Source: Centroscyllium fabricii
Lineage: Eukaryota
Length of the DNA stretch: 64,000 bases
Assembly (NCBI GenBank): GCA_051313645.2
Contig: JBNRSN020000071.1
Coordinates: 1,550,001-1,614,000 of the forward strand
Direction: 5' to 3'
Positions 53,274 through 63,724 of this stretch are shown in pieces. The position numbers and the translations under genes were made by a program. Every line of letters begins with the position of its first letter. Positions within the stretch are counted from its first letter, which is position 1. The notes beneath the pieces are model-generated. The model ran no database searches. It was given only the letters and a program-made list of their open reading frames with translations, and had not been told where the DNA came from.

Positions 53274-56200
53274 TGACGTATTGTCAATATCTCAGAGTAA
53301 AAGACTCAACGAGTAGTTACCACAACTATAGGCTTTTAATCACTTACTTAGGAGCTACCCTCCGAACGAACATCTGAGCAGGAATGAGGGAGCCTCAGTC
53401 AGTCTCCACCTATAAAGGCCTCACCTGGGGGAGGAGTTAGAGGTGTGGCTGACCTGGCTCCCGACAGTGTTACAGGGCTGTGTATCACACATACAGAGCC
53501 AATTATTGGCAACAAGAATACAGTGGTATAACATAACATTATGGGTTACCACATTCACCCCTTCTTGAAAATTTTAAGTCCGGGGGGGGTGAATGGACCG
53601 AGCAGTTCAATATCAGCCTATCCGGTGGTCGTGCCAGCCTGGAGGACCGCCGGAGATCCGGTGATGATCCTTCATGGTCCGTGCTGCTCGAGTCCGCTGG
53701 TGGTGACAGTTGCCCTGGTGCCATGGTTTCGGGTGGTGATGGTCTCCGCTGGTCCGAGCTATCGGAGTGGTGGTCCTGGGTTGGCCACTGCTGGGGCTCT
53801 GGAAAACTCGGAGGCCATTGTAGGTGTAGGGGGTGTTCTGGATACTGTGGCTGAGCGGCCTGCTGGCCGACCAGGAGCTCTGCGGTGCTTCCTGCGGGCG
53901 CCAGGTCCCTGATAGATACGGTGTCCTCACGCCCGTCCGGGAACTGCACGAATGCGTATTGCGGGTTCGCATGCAGGAGCTGCACCTTGTCCACCAGGGG
54001 GTCGGTCTTGTGGCCACGGACGTGTCTCCTAAGGAAGACCGGCCCCAGTGTCGTGAGCCATGGAGGAAGAGCTGTCCCCGAAGTCGACTTCCTGGGAAAA
54101 GCAAAAATCAAATCATGAGGAGTTGCGTTAGTGGCCGTACATAGGAGAGAGCGTATAGAATGCAGCGCGTCTGGGAGGACTGCCTGCCAATGGGCCACTG
54201 GAAGGCCTCTGGACATCAGAGCCAGGGTGACAGCCTTCCAGATGATCCCATTCTCCCTTTCTACCTGGCCGTTCCCCCGGGGGTTATAACTGGTCGTTCT
54301 GCTCATGGCAACTCCTTTCTGGGGCAGAAACTGACACAGTTCATCGCTCATGAACGATGACCCCCGGTCGCTATGGATGTAGCTGGGGAGACCGAAAATG
54401 GCGAACAGCGTGGTGAAGTGTTTTATCACCGTTGCGCTCGTCATATCTGCGCAGGGGAAGGGGAACTCATCTACGACCGTGAGGAAGTATGAGTTGCGGT
54501 CGGTGGTGGGGAGGGGGCCTTTGAAGTCCACGCTGAGACGTTCAAAGGGGCGAGTGGCCTTGATGAGGTGCACCGTGTCTGGCCGGAAAAATTGGGGTTT
54601 GCACTCGGCGCAAACAGGGCACTCTCGGGTCATAGCCTTGATCTCCGTGATGGAGTAGGGGAGGCTACGGGATCTAACAAAGTGGGCGAGTCTGGTGACA
54701 CCCGGGTGGCAGAGGCGGTTGTGGAGGTCCTTCAGCCGGTCCAGCTGGGCACTGGCGCACGTTCCCCTGGACAGTGCGTCCGGGGGTTCATTGAGTTTCC
54801 CTGGTCGGTAAAGAATGTCATACTCGTAAGTCGAGAGTTCGATCCGCCACCGCAGGATCTTATCATTCTTGATCTTACCCTTCTGTTTATTATTAAACAT
54901 AAACGCCACCGACCGTTGGTCGGTGAGAAGGGTAAAACGCTTACCGGCCAGGTAATGACGCCAGTAGCGCACGGCCTCCACGATGGCCTGGGCCTCCTTT
55001 TCCACTGCGGAGTGGCGAGTTTCGGGTCCCTGTAGGGTGCGGGAGAAAAACGCTACGGTTCTGCCTGCCTGATTCAGGGTGGCAGCAAGGGCGAAGTCCG
55101 AAGCGTCGCTCTCCACCTGGAAGGGAATGGATTCATCAACAGCGAGCATGGTCGCCTTGATGATGTCTTCCTTTATCCGGGCGAATGCCGTTTGGGCTTC
55201 TACCGAAAGGGGGAAAACAGCAGCCTTGAGGAGTGGTCTAGCCGTGTCCGCGAACTGTGGGACCCATTGTGCGTAATAGGAGAAAAATCCGAGGCATCTC
55301 CTCAAGGCTTTGGGGTTGTGAGGTAGGGGCAGTTCTTGAAGGGGTCGCATACGCTGTGGGTCGGGGCCGAGGACCCCGTTCTCCACCACGTATCCGAGGA
55401 TGGCGAGCCGGTCTGTATTAAAGACACATTTGTCTTTGTTATACGTGAGGTCCAGCTTATCTGCCGTGTCGAGAAATTTGGCCAGATTGGCATCGTGGTC
55501 CTGCTGGTCGTGGCCGCAGATGGTCACGTTGTCCAGGTAGGGGAAGGTGGCCTGCAACTTGTTCTGGTCAACCATGCGGTCCATCTCCTGCTGGAACACG
55601 GACACTCCGTTGGTCACGCCGAAGGGGACCTGGAGGAAGTGGTAGAGCCGACCGTTCGCCTCGAAGGCGGTGTAGGGGCGGTCGGCTTTCCGGATCGGGA
55701 GTTGGTGATACGCTGACTTAAGGTCGATCGTGGAGAACACCTTGTACTGGGCGATCTGATTGACCATTTCCGAGATGCGGGGAAGAGGGTAGGCGTCGAG
55801 CCCGGTATAGCGGTTGATGGTCTGGCTGTAATCGATCACCAGCCGTTGTTTCTCGCCAGACTTTACCACTACAACCTGGGCACGCCAGGGGCTGGTGCTG
55901 GCTTCAATTATCCCCTCCTTCAGCATACGCCCGACCTCCGACCTGATAAACGTGCGATCCCCCACACTGTACCGCCGACTCTTGGTAGCAATAGGTTTGC
56001 ACTTGGGGTCGAGGTTGGCGAACAGTGAGGGGGGGTCGATTTTCAGGGTGGAGAGGCCGCAGGCCGGGCTCCGCTTTGGGAAGGGACTGTCCCGGCTACT
56101 GACGGTGAGGGGGGGCAAGGTCCCGCCGAACTCCATTGTCACGCTCTTGAGGTGGCACTGGAAATCCAGACCTAGTAAGGCTGGGGCACACAACTGCTGG

Positions 56201-57993
56201 AGGGTGTACAATTTAAAATTACGGTACACGCACCCCTTGACTGTGAACGTGACGGAGCTGTAGCCAGTGACGTCCGCGGTGTGGGACTTTGAAGCAAGGG
56301 AGACTTGGTAGTTTGTGGGCAGGATCTGCAGTCCGCAGCGCTGCACTGTATCGGGGTGCACAAAGCTCTCCGTGCTTCCAGTGTCAAATAGGCAATTAGT
56401 AGTATGGCCGTTTATTTTGATGCGCATTATTGAGTTAGACAGGGTGTGTGGCCTGTCCTGGTCCACTCTGGGTATGGCTGAAGCAGACGTGTGCTTTTGT
56501 GTGTGTGGGCCCCCTGCTGGTTGGGGCTGTACACAAAATGGCGGCGCCCCTGGCTCGCACATGGTGGGGCCCTGGGGACAAAATGGCGGCGCCGAGGGGT
56601 CACACATGGTGGGCCGCCGGGGGCGAGATGGCGGCGCCCGTGGTTCGCACGCGGCTGACCGCTGTGAGCGCGCTGGCAGCGCCCGTGGTTCGCACGCAGC
56701 GGGCCGCGGTGGCTGGGTTGGCGGTGCCCGTGGTTCGCACGCAGCGAGCCGCGGTGGTCGGGTTGGCGATGCCCGTGATTCGCACGCAGCCGGCCGCATT
56801 GGGTCTGCTGCTGGCGTTGGGGGGTCCCGCTTGGCCGGCCTTTGCCGCCTCGGGGTGGGAGATGGGGGCGCTTTCCTCCTACCCCCAGACCGTCGCTGGA
56901 TCGCGCTGCTATTGCAGCTTACCTGAGGTCTGTCGGAGCTTTCACAGGCTGCGCTGTTGTACCTGGAGTTGGGCGCTGTTGGTGCTGATCTGCAAGCCTT
57001 TGCGTAATGTCCCTTCTTGGCGCACCTCTCACAGGTCGCGGTCCTTGCTGGGCATCTCGCTCTCGGGTGCAGTCCCTGGCTGCAGAAGTAGCAGCGTTTG
57101 TCTTTTGTGGCTGTCACAGCCATCGTGGGGGTCTCGACCCGTCGTGGTGCTGCCCAGGCCTGGGTCCGTTGTGGCGTGGCCCACATGTCGTAGGCCTGCG
57201 GGTTTGTGCCGCTGTAAGCTTGTAGTTTGTTGCGTGCTCCTTCCACGGAGTTAGATATAGCAATCGCGTCTTCGAGGGACAAAGTGTCTTTTCCGAGCAG
57301 CCGCTGGCGGGCCTCCACGCACCTTAGTCCAGTTACATACGCGTCTCGGACGAGGAGGTTCGCCTCCTCTTCTGCTGTCCGGGCTTGGCAGCCACAGACC
57401 CGTACCAGGGCCTGGAGCGCTTGCTCAAATTGTTCATTAGTCTCACCCGGTAGTTGTGGTCTGGTCGCGAGCACATGTCTGGCGTAGACCGAATGGACCG
57501 GGCGCTCGTAGCATTTCCTCAGCTTTTCCACTGCCCCTGGGTAGGTTTTGGCGTCTCGGATGAGGGAGAATACTCGGCTGGAGATCCTAGACCGGAGAAC
57601 CTGTAGCTTGTTCCCGTCGGTTGTAGCCTTGGCGGCGTCCATATAGGCCTCCAGGAGACCGAACCAGTGTTCGAACGTGGTGGCGGCGGCAGGGTCCTGT
57701 GGACTGATATCCAGCTTTTCTGGCTTTACTGCACCGCTCTCCATTTTAAAAAACTTTAAGTGATTAAAATTGACGTATCGTCAATATCTCAGAGTAAAAG
57801 ACTCAACGAACATCTGAGCAGGAATGAGGGAGCCGCAGTCAGTCTCCACCTATAAAGGCCTCACCTGGGGGAGGAGTTAGAGGTGTGGCTGACCTGGCTC
57901 CCGACAGTGTTACAGGGCTATGTATCACACATACACAGCCAATTATTGGCAACAAGAATACAGTGGTATAACATAACATTATGGGTTACCACA
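53274..57993 (-). mobile_element. Full-length Gypsy element A (3' LTR 53274-53553, 5' LTR 57771-57993)
   Basis: TG...CA LTRs, near-identical apart from a 57-bp deletion in the 5' LTR; PPT; single ORF. Confidence 0.96.
53539..57744 (-). CDS. Gag-Pol polyprotein, 1401 aa (gag with two zinc knuckles, PR, RT with YLDN, RNase H, integrase)
   Basis: CYFC..H..C/CERC...GH...C, LFDTGS, FGVTNG/YLDN, ESDASD..EKE..TDQ..DALSR, HHCC and D,D35E motifs in Gypsy order. Confidence 0.93.
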   Translation of the reverse strand: MESGAVKPEKLDISPQDPAAATTFEHWFGLLEAYMDAAKATTDGNKLQVLRSRISSRVFSLIRDAKTYPGAVEKLRKCYERPVHSVYARHVLATRPQLPGETNEQFEQALQALVRVCGCQARTAEEEANLLVRDAYVTGLRCVEARQRLLGKDTLSLEDAIAISNSVEGARNKLQAYSGTNPQAYDMWATPQRTQAWAAPRRVETPTMAVTATKDKRCYFCSQGLHPRARCPARTATCERCAKKGHYAKACRSAPTAPNSRYNSAACESSDRPQVSCNSSAIQRRSGGRRKAPPSPTPRRQRPAKRDPPTPAADPMRPAACESRASPTRPPRLAACEPRAPPTQPPRPAACEPRALPARSQRSAACEPRAPPSRPRRPTMCDPSAPPFCPQGPTMCEPGAPPFCVQPQPAGGPHTQKHTSASAIPRVDQDRPHTLSNSIMRIKINGHTTNCLFDTGSTESFVHPDTVQRCGLQILPTNYQVSLASKSHTADVTGYSSVTFTVKGCVYRNFKLYTLQQLCAPALLGLDFQCHLKSVTMEFGGTLPPLTVSSRDSPFPKRSPACGLSTLKIDPPSLFANLDPKCKPIATKSRRYSVGDRTFIRSEVGRMLKEGIIEASTSPWRAQVVVVKSGEKQRLVIDYSQTINRYTGLDAYPLPRISEMVNQIAQYKVFSTIDLKSAYHQLPIRKADRPYTAFEANGRLYHFLQVPFGVTNGVSVFQQEMDRMVDQNKLQATFPYLDNVTICGHDQQDHDANLAKFLDTADKLDLTYNKDKCVFNTDRLAILGYVVENGVLGPDPQRMRPLQELPLPHNPKALRRCLGFFSYYAQWVPQFADTARPLLKAAVFPLSVEAQTAFARIKEDIIKATMLAVDESIPFQVESDASDFALAATLNQAGRTVAFFSRTLQGPETRHSAVEKEAQAIVEAVRYWRHYLAGKRFTLLTDQRSVAFMFNNKQKGKIKNDKILRWRIELSTYEYDILYRPGKLNEPPDALSRGTCASAQLDRLKDLHNRLCHPGVTRLAHFVRSRSLPYSITEIKAMTRECPVCAECKPQFFRPDTVHLIKATRPFERLSVDFKGPLPTTDRNSYFLTVVDEFPFPCADMTSATVIKHFTTLFAIFGLPSYIHSDRGSSFMSDELCQFLPQKGVAMSRTTSYNPRGNGQVERENGIIWKAVTLALMSRGLPVAHWQAVLPDALHSIRSLLCTATNATPHDLIFAFPRKSTSGTALPPWLTTLGPVFLRRHVRGHKTDPLVDKVQLLHANPQYAFVQFPDGREDTVSIRDLAPAGSTAELLVGQQAAQPQYPEHPLHLQWPPSFPEPQQWPTQDHHSDSSDQRRPSPPETMAPGQLSPPADSSSTDHEGSSPDLRRSSRLARPPDRLILNCSVHSPPPDLKFSRRGECGNP

Positions 57994-58574
57994 TTCGTAA
58001 AAGATCCCATGCTACTATTGGAGGAGCAGAGGAGTTCTCCCTGCTCTCCTGGCCAATATTTAATCGCTTAACCAACATCACAAAACTGGTCATTTTCTCA
58101 TTGCTGGTTGTAGGATAGGGCCGTGTACAAAATGGCTGCCATGTCCTTCCTACAATTAAAACAATGACTACACTTCAAAAGTACTTCATTCTGTAAAGCA
58201 CTTTGTGATGCCCTAGAGATGTGAAAAGTGTGCTAAATAAATCCAAGCGCTTTATGTGGGAAAGTGGAGTTATGGCAAATGGATTTTTATGCGTTGCTAT
58301 ACGGATGGTAAGTGCAACAATAATTGCAATTTTCTTTAAACTTTGACATTTGACCCTGCAAAGAAAGTAGCTCGGAATGTTTTCTATTCGTCATTCATTA
58401 CTTTTAGGTCACGAACACTGAGCTCTTGTATGCTCGGCATCTAATTGAGTCTTCCAATTTCATGCAGTCAGTGTGTAGGTCCTTTATTCCGAAAAATATC
58501 TCCCGACAGAAAAACATTGCCCAACAGCACCAGTGCTCCAGACTGAAAACTTCATGCCTGATTAATAATTGCGC

Positions 58575-61500
58575 TGACGTATCGTCAAAATCTCTTAATA
58601 GAAGACTGGACGAGTAGTTACCGTAACTATAGGCTTTTAATAACTTACTTTGGAGCTACCCTCCGAACAAACATCAGAACAGAATGAGGGAGCCTCGGTC
58701 AGTCCGCATCGAAAAAGGCCTCACCTGGGGGAGGAGATAGAGGTGTGTCTGACCTGGCTCCACGACAGTATTACAGCAGTATTACAGGGCTGTGTATCAC
58801 ACACAGCCAATTGTTGGCAACAATAATTCAGTGGTACATATACATATTATGGGTTACCACATTCACCCCTTCTTGAAAATTTAAAGTCCGGTGGGGGTGA
58901 ATGGACCGAGCAGTTCAATATCAGTTTGTCCGGCGGTCGTGTCAGCCTGGAGGACCGCCGGAGTTCCGGTGATGGTTCTTCGTGGTCCGTGCTGCCCGAG
59001 TCCGTTGGTGGTGACAGCGGCTCTGGTGCCGTGGTTTCAGATGGTGATGGTCTCAGATGGTCCGAGCTATCGGAGTGGTGGTCTTGGGCTGGCCACGGCT
59101 GGGGCTCTGGAAACCTCGGAGGCCATTGTAGGTGTAGGGGGTGTTCTGGATACTGTGGCTGGGCGGGCTGCTGGCCGACCAGGGGCTCTGCTGTGGTGTT
59201 TCCTGCGGGCGCAAGGTCCCTAATTGAAACGGTGTCCTCACGCCCGTCCAGGAACTGTACAAACGCGTATTGTGGGTTCGCATGCAGGAGCTGCACCTTG
59301 TCCACCAGGGGGTCGGTCTTGTGGCCACGGACGTGTCTCCTAAGGAAGACCGGCCCTGGTGTCGTGAGCCATGGAGGAAGAGCTGTCCCCGAAGTCGACT
59401 TCCTGGGAAAAGCAAAAATCAAATCATGAGGGGTGGCGTTAGTGGCCGTACACAGGAGAGAGCGTATAGAATGCAGCGCGTCTGGGAGGACTGCCTGCCA
59501 ATGGGCCACTGGAAGGCCTCTGGACTTCAGAGCCAGGGTGACCGCCTTCCAGATGATCCCATTCTCCCTTTCTACCTGGCCGTTCCCCCGGGGGTTATAA
59601 CTGGTCGTTCTGCTCGTGGCAACCCCTTTCTGGAGCAGAAACTGACGCAGTTCATCGCTCATGAACGATGACCCCCGGTCGCTATGGATGTAGCTGGGGA
59701 GACCGAAAATGGCGAACAGCGTGGTGAAGTGTTTTATCACCGTTGCGCTCATCATATCTGCGCAGGTGAAGGGGAAGCGGGAGAACTCGTCTACGACCGT
59801 GAGGAAGTATGAGTTGCGGTCGGTGGTGGGGAGGGTTCCTTTGAAGTCCACGCTGAGACGTTCAAAGGGGCGGGTGGCCTTAATGAGGTGCACCGTGACT
59901 GGCCGGAAAAATTGGGGTTTCCACTCGGCGCAAACAGGGCACTCTCGGGTCATAGCCTTGATCTCCGTGATGGAGTAGGGGAGGCTACGGGATCTGACGA
60001 AGTGGGCGAGTCTGGTGACACCCAGGTGGCAAAGGCGGTCGTGGAGGTCCTTCAACCGGTCTAGCTGGGCACTGGCGCACGTTCCCCTGGACAGTGCGTC
60101 CGGGGGTTCATTGAGTTTGCCTGGTCGGTAAAGAATGTCTTACTCGTAAGTCGAGAGTTCGATCCGCCACCGCAGGATCTTATCATTCTTGATCTTACCC
60201 TTCTGTTTATTATTAAACATAAAAGCCACCAACCGTTGGTCGGTGAGAAGGGTAAAACGCTTACCGGCCAGGTAATGACGCCAGTAGCGCACGGCCTCCA
60301 CGATGGCCTGGGCCTCCTTTTCCACTGCAGAGTGGCGAGTTTCGGGTCCCTGTAAGGTGCGGGAGAAAAACGCTACGGGCCTGCCTGCCTGATTCAGGGT
60401 GGCAGCAAGGGCGAAGTCCGAAGCGTCGCTCTCCACCTGGAAGGGAATGGATTCATCAACAGCGAGCATGGTCGCCTTGATGATGTCTTCCTTTATCCGG
60501 GCGAATGCCGTTTGGGCTTCTACCGAAAGGGGGAAAACGGCAGCCTTGAGGAGTGGTCCAGCCTTGTCCGCGAACTGTGGGACCCATTGTGCGTAATAGG
60601 AGAAAAATCCTAGGCATCTCCTCAAGGCTTTAGGGTTGTGAGGTAGGGGCAGTTCTTGAAGGGGTCGCATACGCTGTGGGTCGGGGCCGAGGACCCCGTT
60701 TTCCACCACGTATCCGAGATGGCGAGCCGGTCTGTATTAAAGACACATTTGTCTTTGTTATACGTGAGGTCCAGCTTATCCGCCGTGTCGAAGAATTTGG
60801 CCAGATTGGCATCGTGGTCCTGCTGGTCGTGGCCGCAGATGGTCACGTTGTCCAGGTAAGGGAAAGTGGCCTGCAACTCGTTCTGGTCAACAATGCGGTC
60901 CATCTCCCTTTGGAACACTGACACTCCGTTGGTCACGCCGAAGGGGACCCGGAGGAAGTGGTAGAGCCGACCGTTCGCCTCGAAGGCGGTGTAGGGGCGG
61001 TCGTCTTTCCGGATCGGGAGTTGGTGATACGCTGACTTAAGGTCGATCGTGGAGAACACCTTATATTGGGCGATCTGGTTGACCATTTCCGAGATGCGGG
61101 GGACGGGGTAGGCGTCGAGCCCGGTGTAGCGGTTGATAGTCTGGCTGTAATCGATCACCAGCCACTGTTTCTCGCCAGACTTCACCACTACGACCTGGGC
61201 CCGCCAGGGGCTGGTGCTGGCTTCAATTATCCCCTCCTTCAGCATACGCCCGACCTCCGACCTGATAAACGTGCGATCCCCCAAACTGTACCGCCGACTC
61301 TTGGTAGCAATAGGTTTGCACTTGGGGTCGAGCTGGGCGAACAGTGAGGGGGGGTCGATTTTCAGGGTGGAGAGGCCGCAGGCCGGGCTCCGCTTTGGGA
61401 AGGGACTGTCCCGGCTACTCACGGTGAGGGGGGGCAAGGTCCCGCCGAACTCCATTGTCACGCTCTTGAGGTGGCACTGGAAATCCAGACCTAGTAAGGC

Positions 61501-63397
61501 TGGGGCACACAACTGCTGGAGGGTGTACAATTTAAAATTACGGTACACGCACCCCTTGACTGTGAGCGTGACGGAGCAGTAGCCGGTGACGTCCGCGGTG
61601 TGGGACTTTGGAGCAAGGGAGACTTGGTAATTCGTGGGCAGGATCTGCAGTCCGCAGCGCTGCACTGTATCGGGGTGCACAAAGCTCTCCGTGCTTCCAG
61701 TGTCAAATAGGCAATCGATAATATGGCCATTTATTTTAATAGGCATTATCGAATTCGACAGAGTGTGTGGCCTGTCCTGGTCCACTCTGGGCATGGCTGA
61801 AGCCGACGTATACTTTTGTGTGTGGGGGCCCCTTGCTGGTTGGGGCTGTACACAAAATGGCGGCGCCCCTGGCTCGCACATGGTGGGGCCTTGGAGACAA
61901 AATGGCGGCGCCCCTGGCTCGCACATGGCGGGTCGCTGGGGACAAAATGGCGGCGCCGAGGGGTCGCGATGGCGGCGCCCGTGGTTCGCATGCGGCTGAC
62001 CGCTGTGAGCGCGCTGGCGGCGCCCGTGGTTCGCACGCAGCGGGCCGCGGTGACTGGGTTGGCGGCGCCCGTGGTTCGCACGCAGCGGGCCGCGGTGGTC
62101 GGGTTGGCGGTGCCCGTGATTCGCACGCAGCCGGCCGCGTTGGGTCTGCTGCTGGCGTTGGGGGGTCGCGCTTTGCCAGCCTTTGCCGCATCGGGGTGGG
62201 AGCTGGGGGCGCTTCCCTTCTACCCCCGGACCGTCGCTGGATCGCGCTGCTATTGCAGCTTACCTGAGGTCTGTCGGAGCTTTCACAGGCTGCGCTGTTG
62301 TACCTGGAGTTGGGCGCTGCTGGTGCTGATCTGCAAGCCTTTGCGTAGTGTCCCTTTTTGGCGCACCTCTCGCAGGTCGCGGTCCTTGCTGGGCATCTCG
62401 CTCGCGGGTGCAGTCCCTGGCCGCAGAAATAGCAGCGTTTGTCCTTTGTGGCTGTCGCAGCCATCGTGGGGGTCTCGACCCGTTGTGGTGCTGCCCAGGC
62501 CTGGGCCCGTTGTGGCGCGGCCCACATGTCGTAGGCCTGCGGGTTTGTGCTGCTGTACGCCTGCAATTTATTGCGTGCTCCTTCAACGGAGTTAGCTATG
62601 GCGATAGCCTCTTCCAGAGACAAAGAGTCTTTTTCGAGCAGCCGCTGGTGGGCTTCCACGCACCTCAGGCCGGTTACGTACGCGTCTCGGACGAGGAGGT
62701 TCGCCTCCTCTTCTGCTGTCCGGGCTTGGCAGCCACAGACCCGTACCAGGGCCTGGAGCGCTTGCTCAAACTGTTCGTTGGTCTCACCCGGTAGTTGTGG
62801 TCTGGTCGCGAGCACATGTCTGGCGTAGACCGAATGGACCGGGCGCTCGTAGCATTTCCTCAGCTTTTCCACTGCCCCTGGGTAGGTTTTGGCGTCTCGG
62901 ATGAGGGAGAATACTCGGCTGGAGATCCTAGACCGGAGAACCTGTAGCTTGTTCCCGTCGGTTGTAGCCTTGGCGGCGTCCATATAGGCCTCCAGGAGAC
63001 CGAACCAGTGTTCGAACGTGGTGGCGGCGGCTGGGTCCTGTGGACTGATATCCAGCTTTTCTGGCTTTACTGCACCGCTCTCCATTTCAAAATTTTTAAG
63101 TTATTAAAATTGACGTATCATCAATATCTCTTAATAAAAGACTGGACGAGTAGTTACCGTAACTATAGGCTTTTAATAACTTACTTTGGAGCTACCCTCC
63201 GAACGAACATCAGAACAGAATGAGGGAGCCTCGGTCAGTCCGCACCTATAAAGGCCTCACCTGGGGGAGGAGTTAGAGGTGTGGCTGACCTGGCTCCATG
63301 ACAGTATTACAGCAGTATTGCAGGGCTGTGTATCACACACAGCCAATTGTTGGCAACAATAATTCAGTGGTACATATACATATTATGGGTTACCACA
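58575..63397 (-). mobile_element. Full-length Gypsy element B, same family as A, decayed (LTRs 58575-58861 and 63111-63397)
   Basis: gag-pol broken into ORFs 61736-63085, 60622-61926, 60140-60709 and 58847-60055; TSD tgcgc/tgcgt. Confidence 0.95.
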
Positions 63398-63724
63398 TGC
63401 GTGTCGCCAGCATTCATCAACGATCTGGTGACGAAAGTGAAAAGCCAACCACACTGGGTTCAAATAGACGGCAGCATCAGCCAGAATTTCCAGTCACTGA
63501 TCAGAATTTTCAACGTCAAAAACGATGGATTTCTGGGTGCTCAAGCAAGTCCCAAACTGCAGATGTGTTTTTTTAAAACTGCTACGCAGAACACTCTGCA
63601 GATACACACTCGTGACTTTACAAATTGCATGGCCCTCGTCGTAGACAGTACTCCTATGAATATTGAACTGAGAAAATGTTACAGTTCATGAGTAAAATGA
63701 ATGAGTAGGTGCCTTTGGACACCC

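Larger units (their letters stand above)
53080..58230 (+). mobile_element. Deu-SINE split by element A (53080-53273 and 57994-58230)
   Basis: The GTGGACGT|AAAAGATCCCATG core is interrupted; compare the intact copy at 18061. Confidence 0.75.

Noticed and set aside
53274-63397. Elements A and B as a tandem duplication or as endogenous retroviruses
   Set aside because: They have separate target sites and distinct LTR variants. There is no env ORF, and the domain order and motifs are Gypsy-type.
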